From positions 434,001-498,000 of the forward strand of contig CDROCS010003621.1 in the NCBI GenBank assembly GCA_977020255.1: 64,000 nt of DNA, in the 5' to 3' direction. This DNA comes from Obrimoposthia wandeli (taxonomy: Eukaryota). A program made the translations under genes and the position numbers. Shown piece after piece: positions 12,312 through 27,119 of this stretch (position 1 is the stretch's first letter; each line of letters opens with the position of its first letter). The notes beneath the pieces are model-generated. The model was not told where the DNA came from and ran no database searches. It saw only the letters and a program-made list of their open reading frames with translations.

Positions 12312-14398
12312 TCAACGTCTCTTTAGCTTTACTAATTATCTTTTTCACATTTTCCATACTCTTAGCATTTCTTGCTGCTTCTATGTGATCGGTCATAGGT
12401 TGTGCGTTACACGTTTTCTCGATTGGTGTCTCATGCGCTACTAGTATTCGGTTCATTAAATCATTCATCTCTTTTCTCGAGTGCAGATATTCCCCTTGTT
12501 TCGACAACGTAGATGAATTCGCCATCTTTGTATGCGGTGAATCTTTAATTATTCCTAACATTCTTTCAAATTTACTATCGCTATCTTCAAAATCTATTTC
12601 GCGTCGAAGTTCGGTCTCGCGATTCCTATCGCTGTCATCATTTACGTAACTAAAATTTCCTTTCGATTTTGGTGAATTCTCACGACTATTTGTCTTGTCA
12701 ACATTATTGTTATTATATCTTCCGGAACTATTATATCTCTCAGCTCCTTGCTGTCCTACGTAATTATTGTATCTCTCAGCTCCTTGCTGTCTGTCTGCAT
12801 AATTATTGTATCTGCCTGGTGACTGTTGTCTATCCGTATACTGATTATTCGGTATCCATTGCGGCGGAGTATACCCACCACCTCTATTCCATGGCGGGGT
12901 GAATTATATCCTCTATAATTATTTCCAAAATTATTATTTCCGAAATTATTATTTCCAAATCTGTTAGTTCCGAATTCTTTACTTCTCGTACAATCTCTCG
13001 AGTAGTGACCCATTTGTTTACACGTATAAAACATTATTCTCCCTCGAATATCTATCTTATTTTTTTCATCTTCGAACTGTACTCGACGACTATTCTGTCT
13101 ATTGTCATAGCGTCCTCTAAAATCATTTCTTTGGAAATTTGATTCTAAACCGCTTCCTCGATTATAGAATCTTCCGTCACTACTTCCTGCATTATTTCCA
13201 AATCGATAGTCATTTCGCTCTCCTCTGTTTGCGTTATAATTCCTATCGTCTCCTCTCCACGGTTGGCGATTTCCTGAATTATCTCTACTAAATCTATTTC
13301 TGGAATCATCTCTGTTTCTGTTCCACGAATCATTACTACTTCGACCTCTCGAATCGTCTCGATTCCTGTTCCAAGGCTCGCTATTATTTCTACCTCTCGA
13401 ATCATCTCGATTCCTACTTCAGAAATTATCTCTGTTTCCGTTACTGGATTCATCTCCTTTTTCGAACTTATTTTGTCCATAATTTCGATTCTGAAAATTA
13501 CTCGGTTCTGTCTTATTCACAAATACCTTTGTCTTATCGTCATCACCTGCGGCCATTGCGTAAATTGCCAATGCTGCGTTATTTTTTATATTTTTCTCAA
13601 TTTCTCTCGCCTTTCGCACGGCGTTATCAAAATCATTTGTATCCGATACTGCCATAACACTTTAATGTCTTTTTTCAGTCCTCCTCTGAATATATCTAAC
13701 AAAACTTCTGCCATTTCATTTTGGTTCCGTTCATCTTCCGCTGCTTGTGCTTCTGAGGCTACAGGTTCACCTGCAAAATTTCTCACTATTCTTCTTGGGT
13801 GTGCTCGTGCGCCCAAGGTTCTCAAAACATACGCGTATTCATTCACGCTTTCGTCATGTTTCTGTTTCCGTTCTCTCATGATTCGCTTATTCACTTTTGC
13901 CAAGTCTCCCAATACCAATTTTACAATAAAAGCACTTTCCAACGTTTCCCAATTTAAACGTTCTGCTTCTGTCAAATGTTTATACACTTCAAGTGCCAAT
14001 CCGGTCAAATGTGCCTGTACGCGGACACATTTTTCTCTATCGTTCCATCCTTGAACATCTGCGCAACTCGAATATTCTGCGAGGAAGTCACAAATACTTT
14101 CCTCATCTCCTTTAAACTTTGTAATCTGCAATGATCCCGAAAAGTTGGGTCTCAACGTCGCATTCAAGGCTTGTGCCAACTGTTCTGCATTCATTCCACC
14201 TACATTATTTCCTGGGTTATTACCTGGTTGGGCTCCTGCTTGAGCGATATTTTCAGCTATATTCTCAGCTATTTCTTCAATATTGTCCAATTGAACTTCC
14301 TCAACCTCTACTGGATCGGCAATTTCAATTTCTTCTGGGTTTTGAACTTCAATAACTTCAATTTCTTCTTGGTTTATTTCACCAAACAAATCAGTCAA
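12274..14398 (-). pseudogene. gag: Ty3/Gypsy gag (capsid, N/R-rich repeats, degenerate CCHC knuckle), frameshifted
   Basis: ITKFKGDEESICDFL...WNDREKC...LTGLALEVY...W..LESAF...RKQKHDESVNEY..L...F.GGL; knuckle (F)YTCKQMGHYSRDC near 13030. Confidence 0.88.
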
Positions 14399-14744
14399 AT
14401 CAAAACTGTCGGTTGAAACTGCTGATTGATTAACGTCTCTTTCTGATACGTTTTCTTCGATTCGGGCTTCTTCTATTACTTATTTTATCAGTTTGAGGAA
14501 CCTTTTCAATTCGGCTAAAACTATTATTATTTATCTCTTCCTGTGGAATCTGACTTTGTCTTCTAGTATTAAACGCGGGTCCCTTTTATTATTCGTTGTT
14601 TTATTAATTATATATTCGTTTACGATATCAATTTACTTATTACTTTTTATCTTATTTCACAATTCTTATTTTACGATTTCTGATATCAATTTATTTAATT
14701 CGAGGACTTTGTCGATTCGACTTAACCTATTCAATTTATTTACT

Positions 14745-15085
14745 TCGAGGAACAATTCACTCGATTCACAATTTTATCCAAATTACTTAATTCGAGGAAC
14801 AATTCCACTCGATTCACAAATTTATCCAAATTACTTAATTTGAGGAACAGATCTACTCGATTTTCAAACTTTATCAAATTACTTAATTCGAGGAACAAAT
14901 CTACTCGATTTTACGAACTTTATCAAATTACTTAATTCGAGGAACAAATCTACTCGATTTTACAAACTTTATCAAATTACTTAATTCGAGGAACAAATCT
15001 ACTCGATTTTACAAACTTTATCAAATTACTTAATTTGAGGAACAAATCTACTCGATTCAACACTTATTCAATTACTTCGAGGAAT
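14745..15085. repeat. Tandem array, 49-bp unit, about 7 copies
   Basis: acttaattcgaggaacaaatctactcgattttacaaactttatcaaatt recurs at 14881 and 14930, among others. Confidence 0.9.
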
Positions 15086-15810
15086 ATATCAACTCGATCT
15101 CAAAACTTATTCAAATTCTCTTATCTCAATTTGCTGATATCTTCTTCTTCTGGAACTTATTCTCAATTTGCTTTCTTATTCTACGTGAAGTCGCTGTGTC
15201 CGACGAGCTATCCTCACTCGGGCGTATCAATTTAATATGCTGGGGTTTCTATATGAAACTGTTTTTCTAATATAGAACCTCTGAATGGAGGGCCCCAACG
15301 TGAGTTCTATAGAAGCAGGACTTGCAGATGTTTGTGGCCTACTTAATGTTATGCTTGCCTGTCTCTAAGTTTTTCTGAAGGTTTGTTGTTTCTAAATTTG
15401 AAGGTCTATAACAACGCTGTCTAGTTGTAGGAAATCTTTTATTACTAAACACACTAAGTTAACACTTCTAATTACGTTCTAAAATTGACAAACTATTCCT
15501 AAGACTTTCACAAAGTCTCTGCACAAGTGAGGATGAACCACGTATCGATTTTATTTTAGGGTTGATTTTAATGAGATTTCTAAATCAAACTCTTTTATCT
15601 CAATCTGATTCTCTAAATCAAATCCCTTAATTAAAACGGACAACTTTCTTTTTCTTAGGAACTATAACAAAACCAAAAACTTGCTCTAATTTATAGAGAC
15701 TTTTAGCAAATTATAAATTGCAACAGAATCAAAACTTGCTCTAATTTGCTCTACTTTTAGTAATTTATAAATTGTACGAAATCAAAAACTTGCTCTAATT
15801 TGTAGAGACT

Positions 15811-16080
15811 TTCAGTATAAATTCTTATAATTTATCAACGCAATTTATCTTCAAAATTGATTAAAAAACACAACTCTTTCTTTTTCTTTCAGTATAAATT
15901 CTTATAATTTATCAACGCAATTTATCTTCAAACTTTATTAAAAAACACAACTTTTTTCAGTATAAATTCTTATAATTTATCAACGCAATTTATCTTCAAA
16001 ATTGATTAAAAAACACAACTTTTTTCTTTTACTTTCAGTATAAATTTTTATAATTTATCAACGCAATTAATCGTCAAAAT
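15811..16080. repeat. Tandem array, 68-78-bp unit, 4 copies
   Basis: ttcagtataaattcttataatttatcaacgcaatt starts at 15811, 15888, 15956 and 16034. Confidence 0.9.
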
Positions 16081-19000
16081 TCTTCTCACCTCTGTATGAT
16101 CCGTTTGAGTTCCAGTTACTGTCCGATCTTGGCTTATCCGTTCGTTCTCCTTCCTGTCTTTTCAGTCCGGTCCGATTAGTTGGCTACGATCTGCTCTACC
16201 TCCGAATTGTCCGTTGGTACTTCCTCGAGCTGTCCGTTAATATTTGTTCGCGCTCCTTCCCGTCTGAAGGTCGAAATAATAGCTGTGTTTCTGAAGTCTG
16301 ATTACCTTTTCAGTCCTGTCCGATTAGTTGGCTCTACTTCTGATTTATCTTCTCAGTTTATTCCCGATTTATCTGGCCGTTCCTTAATCGATTTTTCGAC
16401 TTCAATTAGTTTTTTCTTTCTGGGCGTCAGTCAATAACAATTCCTTTTATATCTTCAACTTACACAGTGGCTGGATGCACTCAGTTTCTTCGTGTGCTTC
16501 CCCGGCTGTCGCTAAGTGGTTTCTCGACTCCTAAATAAATAAGTAACTTGCACTTAATTTAAGTGCTCTTACTTTCGTTGTTGACTTCCGGCTGTCGGTT
16601 CGTTCTGAGACTGGCTATCGGTGACTAAAAATCGATTGCGCTAATGGCGCTAATGCACTTGTCTGAGTGCTCTGGTTTTCTCAATTCCGTTTTTCTTCTT
16701 AATTGGCCTTCTTTCTTTCTTAATTCTTCTTTTTAATCAACTTTTCTTCTTAATTTAACTCTTGTTTTTTTGGGGCCTTTTGGTTAAGTTTAAAATCCCT
16801 TATATACAGCACACGCTTACACATGACCTTCGTGGTCCTAATATTTTTCAACTGATTTTATTTTTATAATTTTAATTTTATAATTAATTTTATCTTAATT
16901 ATAACCTTGCTTTCAAGGATTTTTATTTTAGTATAAAAATGATTAATTATTTTAAATTAGTCAAAACCTAATCCTAACACATACAACTAAAAGTGAAACC
17001 TCGAAACATAACTCACTTTTCATAATTACATTGAAAATGCTCTTAATTTGAAGCAGAATTCGTTGTCCTATTATGTTTTTCATTTTCTAAACTGAAAACA
17101 AACACATAAACATGAGAAAAATTGTTCGTTTCATATTGACATTTAGTGCATAACCCATTGAAGTGCTTAAAATATATTTAAATAATTATAGAATCGTAAA
17201 AGCTAAAAATAATTTTTATTTTGAACTAGTTCCATCAATTCTACTACCATCCTTTATTTTATTTTGCTTTTCATCTTTACCCTATCAGATAGATATAAAA
17301 AAAAATTATATACAATTTATATGTAAATTCATATAAAAATAATGAAAACTACTTGTTGGACTTATGAAAATTCATTGTCGTTTTTTTGCATTGATTCGGT
17401 CTGCTAAACAAAACCACCAAAAAGAAGTATTATAAATTTATTTTTATCTATAAACATTTAATATATATAAAATAAATTCATTAAATATCCACGCTTTATA
17501 GTAACCATTTTGAACCTATGGTACTAAACCTTTTTTTCGTAACTCCATAAACTACTAATTTAAAAATTATTTTTAACATTATTTCTCTCCATAATTATTC
17601 ACTATTTCTTTTTTATATTGATCAATTTTGGTTTCTTTCTTGCATTTTTTGATTTTACGTTCATATAATTCTTTACACCCATTTGTTTTACTTATTTTAG
17701 ATAATTCCATCATCATAGTGCAATATTTTTCATTACTGTATGCTTCAATCTGAACGGTTTCTGAATAAACTTCGCTCTCCAATCGAGACTTATTTGTAAA
17801 GTTTACGGAATTTATTTAAAAGTTTTTTCTAAGAAATCGATTAGTATAAAGTTTTTAACATGTTACCATTGCTAATCGATGCAAATATCTCCAGTCTTAA
17901 TGATGCAGGTAGCCATTAACAGTCGTTGCTCAATATTTTTGCTTTCTATTTGGAGAGCAGGTGATGAAGATTAAAACTGTTTATAATGAAAATGTTGAGG
18001 CAGTTAAGACTATGATGGAGACTGAATATAGAGTGACCATTTTTAACATATTTTAGATGAAATATTTGACAACAAAATTAAATAACCGAGACTCAAAGTA
18101 ATATCAATTAATTGGGCCCATCTCGTAAAATTGAGTTTTGGATGGATATATTTATGAACATATAGAGAAGCAATCACGTAATACTCATTTTCAATAAGCT
18201 ACATCAGTAAGAATAATCACATTTAGCAATGGCAAAGTGGAACTGCGGACTGATTAATCATACACAATCCCTATGATAATCATTAGCATAAAAATGAAAG
18301 CGTCAATAATTCTGTATAAAAATGAACATTTTCAATTAATTAGATTTTCTGTTTCATTGCTTTGAAATGAATATTGAAATTCCTTTCATTTTCTAATTAG
18401 ACATATATTATGCATGCTTTATTATTTTATGTACAAATAGCGTGAACAATGAAATACAATGTTATTTTCTAATATTTAGAGAAGAAGAAAAACTAAATAC
18501 CCAAGTTGATGATATAAAGACTGAAAAATTATATAATTATAAATTTATAAATTTATGTTTAAAAATTAATTAATATTAATTGTAAATGGCAAAATAGTTA
18601 AAAAATTACCAAACAAAAACATTAATCCTTAAACATAAAATAGAATAAATTGTCTTGCAATTTTATGCCAAAATTCTTATGAAATAGATAATCACTTACT
18701 GAGAATTAATACTAGTAGTAACACTTTTTGAATTATTTCTACACAATATTTATTATACAGTGAATAACACAAACCGAAAAATCCAAAGTAATCCACAAAA
18801 TTTAGTATACAAGCACAATAATATTCTTTACATCGCTATATTAATAAATTTACGATTTATTACTCAAAGAACTTCCTGTTTTCTATTATTCTTCGCAATA
18901 TTTTCTGAAAAATAAATTCTTCAACTGCTTCTTGAACTTTTCAACATTGTTTCAACAGTTTCTTATATTCATCGATAGATTGTTGTAAATATTCAGAGTA

Positions 19001-20076
19001 CAAATTTCAAATATTCCATTAATCAGTTTGTTATTTGAGAATTTCTTAACCAATCTGCCGTCATCATCGTTACTCCTAAGATGCATATACATGCTGATAG
19101 CACCAGGCTCTAGAAGGTCATATAAATACTAAGGCTTTTGTGAGATTTTTTTTGTTGATAAACAGTGTGATATTGAATTCCATCCTGGCATTGATCGGCA
19201 ACCAATGAAACTTCATTAAATGTTCACTTGTATTAGGATTTTTCTTTAATTTTAATATAATTCTGACGGCTTTGTTTATTTTTTTGCAAGTGATTTACTT
19301 GATAAGCTGAAATATTAAAAAGTAACGATTTTTAAAATTCAAGTCTTGATGTAAAAAACGCATGCATTAGCTTTATGGTTATCTCAGATGTAAGGTATTT
19401 TCTTATTAGAATATCTATTTGATATCTGTTATATGTTTTTTTACTATTAATTTGACTAAGCATTGGAATATTTTCATCGAAAAAGCAATAAATGTTCTTT
19501 ATTTTACTTTTTAAATTAATATTATTTTCATTGACATGTAGCCTCAGTTTTATTTTTATTCATTTCCAATTGTCTTGATTTCATCCTTATATTTTAATGA
19601 TAATGAATATTATATTTTTTTAAATAATCACTGTATTTGACGAAGTATAAATGTCCAATAGGATTAGATCAAGAATCGAACACTGAGGAACACCTCAATC
19701 ATGCAACTACGATTTGTTTGCAAAGGCGTAAATGTACTAATTAAAAAATGTATTAATTAAACTTAATAATCGTATTTCTTTGCAATTTAAACTCATACGT
19801 TGAAAACACTTAAGTGAAACTTAAGCTTTTGCATATCGATCAAGAATAAAATTAAGCAATTACCTCCTCAATTCGAGGTCTTTGCATAGAACCAAAATTG
19901 CCTCAAAATTAAAATAAAACAACTTTAGTTTTTTCGAATTTAATTCAAAGAATAATAAATTTATATAAAGCCCAGATTTTGAGACTTACATAAATGTTGG
20001 CGTTTTCTTTCAAATCTAGAATTTTCAAACGGAGGCCTCCAATATGAGTTCTGTAGCGATAAAGCTAACATATGTA

Positions 20077-21013
20077 CATGGTGTGATCCAAAATGTCACG
20101 GACTAATTAAGAAAGAATGAAAGAATTTAAAAAAATTATATATATTTTTATTCAATAAATGAACCGTTAACATCAACAATTTTATTCAAACGATTAAGAA
20201 GTTCCAGGAAGGCTTTTGAAAGAAAAGCTTTGTCTTGAGAGTTAAAAAAGGTGATAACTGCTCTTTGATCTCTTCAGAATCACTAAATTTAATACCTCTA
20301 AGAATCTTTTTCATCCGCTGGAATACATAAAAGTCGCTAGGAGCGATATATGGGCTATATGGAGGATGTGGTAGTAATTCAAATTTACAGTTGACTATTG
20401 TTTCTAAAATTTTCTTATCCACATGCAATAACCACAAAGGAATTTTTTTTCTTGTACACTTTCGAGCTTCCTTTAAGATCTTACAATAATATTCAGCATT
20501 AATTGTAACGGCTTCTCAAATAAATCTAATTTTAAAACTCTTTTATTATTCCAAAAAACATAAAGCCTCAATTGTCGTCTTTGAGAACTTCCCGTCTTTA
20601 ACTGTTTGGGCGCTGGTTAATCCTTCTTTTTCCATTTCGCCGATTGCCTGTTTCTTACTTTGTAACTTCAGAGTAATCTTGTTTGACATCTTCATTTCCA
20701 TGCTTAAATTTAGCAATCCAATAATATATTTTTGTTCTTTTAGGGCACGCATCTTTATATACATGCTATAAATCTTGAAATATTTCTTCATTCGAACAAT
20801 TCTTTAATATTAAAAACCTACCGATCTATACTCAATTTTCTTTATTTTCATTAAAATTTAACTTATATGCCTAAAATTAAGATTATAATCAACAAATTAA
20901 AAAATAAAAGTACTTTTAGCTACATTCAATAAACCTTCTATTTACACGATAAAAATTATCACAATCGATTGTTTCTTTCTTAATTAGTCTGGGACACTTT
21001 GGATCACACCATG
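20077..21013 (-). mobile_element. Internally deleted mariner element with TIRs and TA TSD
   Basis: TA|catggtgtgatccaaa ... tttggatcacaccatg|TA; minus-strand LLPHPPYSPYIAPSDFYVF at 20186-20437. Inserted into dispersed repeat copy 3. Confidence 0.9.
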
Positions 21014-24000
21014 TATATGGCCTAACTGTCCTAGTTTCTGAAGGTTTTTATATTGTGTTTAGAGTTGCAAAAATTCCCTAAAACTATTGTTGTGTGGTGT
21101 GGTGGTGAATCAATAAGCCAGTTAGGCTGAATTTAATTTTAATTCAAAAATAGTCTGGCAAAGCCAAGACCAGAAAAAAGGCAAAATTAAGCTGGACTCA
21201 ATCAGTGTCGTCGAATATGTCAGGAGTTAGGTTAGCGTCTCACTGATTAATCCTAGTTACGTCGACCTATCTGAATTCGTGGATGGTTCCTTTACAAGTT
21301 TTATGCTAAGGCTTTGCGTTTAATTTAACGATTTATTACTATGGCAACGCAGACACTAATTCTTTTCAGAGGATTTCTAGAAATAATTACTAATTCTCTA
21401 CCGGAGAATCAATAAAACAATTATGAATTCTTTACTGGAGAATCCAAAAAGGAAACAGTTACTAATTCTCGAATGAATAATTTACAAGCAAACTAACGGC
21501 GACATTCTATATGTTCGCAACCAAATCTTTATTTGACAAATACATTGGTTAACTTGTAGATAATTCTATCAAATACTCAATTATCAACTTTATAGATAAT
21601 TTCAAAGGTTTGTCACTTTACAATTCAATATATTTCCAAGAGATTTTAACTTTATATTATATGTTATTTTCCACTATTAGTTCTGGAAGATGTGGTCCAA
21701 TTGATTGGTCTCTCTTTGTTCTCTAATCCACAGTCCTCTGATACGCAGTCCACTAATCTACAGTCCTCTGATACGCAGTTCTCTAATACGCTATCCTCTG
21801 ATACCCTGTAACAATCTCCAACGAATATCTTGGTTCTAATGGATAGTTTGGCTGGTTTCGTTATAAATTATTGGGGCTCGCGCAATAAATCGATTGCCTT
21901 ATAAACTTGGTTGATCGGCGATAATTTCTCGAGGCCGGATGTTAGGCACACTGTGGTGCAACCGTTAGACGAATAATTCACAATTATGTGAAACTGACGA
22001 GATCGGATGTTTATCTGTCCTCGCTCGCTTCAGCCAGATGATTGGTGACTTCCTTTCACTGATTGTCGTCGCAGTATTCCAATTCTGCAGAAACTGCTAA
22101 TTAACTCGGCTTTTATAATAATTACCCCATTGCGGATGTCGACGACGCCAGATATCGCGTCGTCATTGTGCAGCCTCGTATTAAATCGGTGACTTCCTGG
22201 CACTGATTTTCATCGATAATTTCGATGTAGATTATCAATAAGTGAATTTGTCACTTATTGATTAATTTTCACCATGCAAACCCGGCAGCCCCTTGAGTTT
22301 TCGCTCCAATCTGTCACGGCACTTTTTTACATTTTACTTAGTTTTCTTCTCATGCTTTAATAAATTATTTACTTTAATTTAACTATTTTATAACATTAAA
22401 TTTCGAAGGTTATTTACTTTGTCTAAATTTTTTTTTTATTATTTAAAATTCATTCTCCCTAATTTTAACATAAATATAATTACCAGTGACGCACTTTAAC
22501 GGAATAAAAATCGTCATAATCGAGGTAAAACACCTAATGAGTGTGGTTTGGCGTTTTAAACACCTAATCCAAATGAATATTTCCGTTGTAAAATACCGAC
22601 ATAAAATCAATAGTATAAGAATAAAGTTAATAATAATGCATAGTAAAACTGACCATTGAAATTAGCATCTGTCATCAGTCAATGATGCTATAAAAACTGA
22701 TGTATTATCTACTATAGTAGGCATACAGTCACACACCCACAAGGCAGAAAAAGGTGTTTGTCATGTTTTCTATAGTGTGTTATAAAAATTGAATAGTTCC
22801 GTGAAAAATCAATTGTCTTTAGTTTTAATAAAAAATCATGAAGCAAATCAAAAATATAGCCCCTATCGGTGAAAGGATGATTCAGTTTACGAACTATTCA
22901 GAGCTGTTATTTTTTTTAACTTTTAAAAAGAAGTGAATGAATGGGTCAGTTCAAAACGAGCTCACAACGAATCAATGAATGACGAAGTTTGTGGGTATGA
23001 TACAATCTTCAATCCAGGAGTCCGAATTCCGGGACTTCAGAAATCAATATCACCATATAAAACGATTTGTTCATCAATGTTTAGATGAATATGACATTTT
23101 TGGCGACTGAGTGTGATTTTTTAATACAATTTAAATAAATGTCTTACCTTTTCTTGTGTGTTTAATGTAAAATCCAATCTATGTCTAAGATATACAAAAA
23201 ATACAGCAGAGTACATACTTACTGAGTCCATTTTAATTAGGTGTAGTACTCATTACTCATCATAATATTTCTCATCATCACTGGTATGTTTAGTTTAAAC
23301 CCTGTTTATTATTAGATATTTGTATTTTTAATAATTTGCTTTATTAAATTTTGCCTATCATGGAATTATTTTAACGAAGCATCTCTGAATTTATATAATA
23401 ATCAAATAAACAAAAAATATTTATAAAATATCATTTTTATCATTCATGTCTCCTAAATACATGTAAAAACTGGCATTTTTTCAACTAAAGGATCACAATA
23501 ATTTGGTTTAAATAATTTTAAATAGTCTAAATGTCAAATGAAATGGGTTTTGAGGGAAATATTTTCTACAATAATGTATGTAGGTTAGATATAAAAATAA
23601 TTTACTCAATTTTTTATCTATGTTAAACTAGATTAATAATATATTAATATTTTTGCATTATTATGAAGTTGAAATTTATGTTACAAACATTATTTTTATT
23701 TAATAAATTTTTTAACTTTTGAAATATTTTGTTTCATGTTAATCTCAAAATTACCTTTTAAAGCAACTTTATTAAACATATAATTTTAAATATAGAAAAA
23801 TTTAAATCAAAACATATAAAGTTTAGATTCGTTGTCAATTTAATATTATTTACCTATAAAATTAAAATGAATACGATTGAAGAATACCGCTTTTACACCT
23901 ATAAATATAAGTGCCTTATCCTTATTTAATAATAGTGAAATTTGTTATGAAAAAGGTTTTCGATATTTTAATCTTAACAAATAAATGATTTACAACTATC

Positions 24001-27000
24001 TTTAGCAAAATAACATATTTTATAACTAAACTACATATTTGTTTTTATGTAAAATTATTTAAATTTTTAAATAAAAGCTAATAATAATAGTTGGTTATTA
24101 AAATATTTATTGTACATAAATTTATGACTAACATACTAATTAGCCTTATTAGAAACCACCAGTCTTCCTACAATTTAGTACCAAACAGTTTTTTTGGAAT
24201 ATTATCCCATACACATTCATCCACAACATAAAATTCAATTGTACACTAAATACATATCAACGATTTTCTGAAACCATTTTGGTTAATTGAACTGTCAAAA
24301 TCAAAATTTTGAGAAACAAAGAAAAATTTCTGAAATTCTGAATTCAAACAGGGAGTTTTTATTACAAAAAGGTCCAGAATCATTTATTACAAATAACCTT
24401 TTTGCATATCTTCATTTATTAGATGATTCGTTATAAAATTAACATATTTTCCATTATATAATTTTTTATAAAAAAATTGAAATTTGATATAAACCCCAAG
24501 CACAAACCTTTAGTGAAAACCTTCTTTTCAGAAAATAAATTTCTGCACATTTCATCGTGTCAATAATAGTTATATCTAATCGGCCATTCTAAGCAAAACA
24601 TAATTTCATCTCAATAACTGGGGTCTTTAAAAGTATCTTCTTTGCGAAATATAACCTTGATTGTTTGTGAACTTTATTTTAACTTAGGAAATTATCTTAG
24701 AAACGTCTACTCATTTAGAATATATTGTTTAATTTCTTATTTTCTCAAAGAAAAAACAATTATTATTTAAGCCTTGAGTAAACAACATCATCGCAATAGC
24801 TGAGGTATTTCAATATCGTATAATCAAACATTATCTTCAGCTATTGACGGAATGTTTTGAAGTTTCTGTTTTCATTTTTTAGATTGAATGAAGTATGCCG
24901 GCTCAGAATTAGTATCCATAGTTTGATTGAGACTAATTATATTAATTATAACAATAAATACGGAATTTTACACTGCAAACTGGGCAAACATAACTCGGGT
25001 TACCAATTTTTCAAAGTACTGAGTAACGTTTTCTAGCAGGCATTGGATATTTTTAAAGATTTAATAAAATTAGTTGGTTTTTGTTTATCATGTTCCTTTT
25101 CTTGTCTAAAGTTTATGTCTTAATTTTCCACTGTTTGGGATTCATTTTTCAAACTTTCGCTGACTTCTTATTGTATTATTACAAGTTTATCACATGTATT
25201 GTATGATTTCTATTGGATTGGCATCTAAATGATTAAACATAGTAAAACATACAAATTTCTATATAGATTTTAATAAAAAAATATTTAAACATGTGGGATT
25301 ATCTAAGAGCTCCAATATTCTTATAAATCATGTATATACTTAAATGAGTATAATGAGCTTATAAAAACGTAGCAAAGTAACTACAATATTATTAGGATAA
25401 ATAAATTTAAATACTTATTCATTTAATTATAATTTAAATAATGAATTTTAATTAAAAATTATAAAATTAAAATTTCTCAATCAGATTTATGTTTTGGAAA
25501 ATTGCCATTTTACCAATTTCTTATTGTGTATGTTTAGTTGATGACCAGTCTTTTATAAAAGATTCAATTAAGTATGTTAGTGTAATATTCAATTAATACT
25601 TAAGTAAAAACTCCATTAAAACTAAATAATATAATCAAAAGGTGCCAACAACATTAGGTAAGTGTAATAAATATAGTTAAAAATTGCGTTTAACTAATTT
25701 GTGTCCGAACTTGAGAAATTCAAAGTCGTTAATTTGAATAAATAAAGAATTTTACGAATTATTCTAAAAGTACAAAATTTAAAGTCAATCTTAAATTCGT
25801 TAAATTTAAAATTGAATCTGTTAGTGCTATTTTTTATTTTACAATTCTTTCTAAAAGTTAATTGAATAATTTTTTAATAAAGAAAAAAATTGTTGTAATT
25901 TTGATTTAACAAAATGTAGATTTGAAACTACACATTTCATAATCTGAAAGAAATGTGGTGTTACGGTTAAGCAATGTAGAATTTTAAAAAAAGTTTAGCT
26001 TAATACTATTTTAAATAATAATAACTTCACTTCTGCATATAACTAAACAATTTCATAGCTAATAATTTGAATAGTCGAATCTCCTAAAAGTCGTAAGTCA
26101 TTTATTTATAATGTCTAAGACATCTAGTTTCTTTGTGAGAAAGTAAAGTATATAAATATAAAGGTATGGACAGTCCTCACTCCAAATCCATTTAGATAAA
26201 CAGTCGTAAGTGGGAGTTACAACAATAGAGATGTTTCTGTAGTTATAATTATACTCATTTTACTGGTATATTTTACTTTGTAACACTTGGCATTATAATT
26301 ATGGAAGCTTGTACTTCTACAGACCAAGAAGTTGAAATATATGTGATGCCACCCAGAGCTCATCTGACTGAAGAGTACATAGAATATGATGACAACAACA
26401 TTTCAACAAGGACTAACGGAGTATTAAAAGAAAAAAGGATAATTTACTACCAAAAAAAACGAAAACAAACCATGGACACTCCATTTAATTGTAAGAAAGG
26501 TTGACTAATTCTGAAAACGTTTTCAAGACCATGCACTTTCTAGAGATTCAAATGTTAAAAGGATTTTTCAGAAGTGAGGTGGAAAAAATATTTCTCTACT
26601 TCTGAGAATATGGAAATTTGACAAGGCAGTGACAGTACATTGCCAATTCAGTTCATATTCATTTTAAAAAATCGGACAAGCACAACATCTGACAATTCAA
26701 GAAGAACTGACACTCAAAAGCGTCATGTAAAAAATGAACAAGGTTTGGAAGTGCAGTTTTGTAAAACTTTCTTCCTTAATACATTGTCAGTATATATCAG
26801 TAACTACTGCTCTGGAAAAGAAGATGGAGAATGGTGTGGTAGGAAAAGATCTTTGAGGAAATAAAGATTCGAAAGAAGATTGTGAAAGAATAGGAAAGAC
26901 GCAACTGTACGTGAGGTTTTTTTCCTAGACCACCATTGCATTAGTGTAGAGAATCAAGTAACTTACACTATTTACCGTCTGATTTCAATGTAACGACTAA

Positions 27001-27119
27001 TGTATGAGTTGTTTAAAATAAAAGGTGTCATACTCAACTTATTCGACACAGTTTCAGAAGATGAACGTTTCATTTCATCGTCTGAAAGAAGACAGGTACG
27101 AAGTATGTGAATGACACAG

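Larger units (their letters stand above)
11368..16900 (-). mobile_element. Ty3/Gypsy-like element with gag and env-like genes, lacking pol; boundaries approximate
   Basis: gag at 12274-14398 and glycoprotein at 11368-12311. Long repeat-rich leader at 14400-16430, possible degenerate PBS (tgacgcccag, 16421-16430) and minus-strand TATATAA near 16800. LTR pair not resolved. Confidence 0.7.

Noticed and set aside
13145-14416. Overlapping alternative-frame and antisense ORFs over gag (and similar ones over Polinton, PDZRN and hAT genes)
   Set aside because: Shadow frames of real coding sequence or low-complexity repeats, with no independent motifs.
14745-15085. Regular short repeats resembling a CRISPR array
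   Set aside because: Units are head-to-tail with no unique spacers, there are no cas genes, and the context is eukaryotic.
22500-25100. piggyBac-like remnants (NIDEQIV near 23070, minus)
   Set aside because: A single short motif with no confirmed TIR/TTAA pair.
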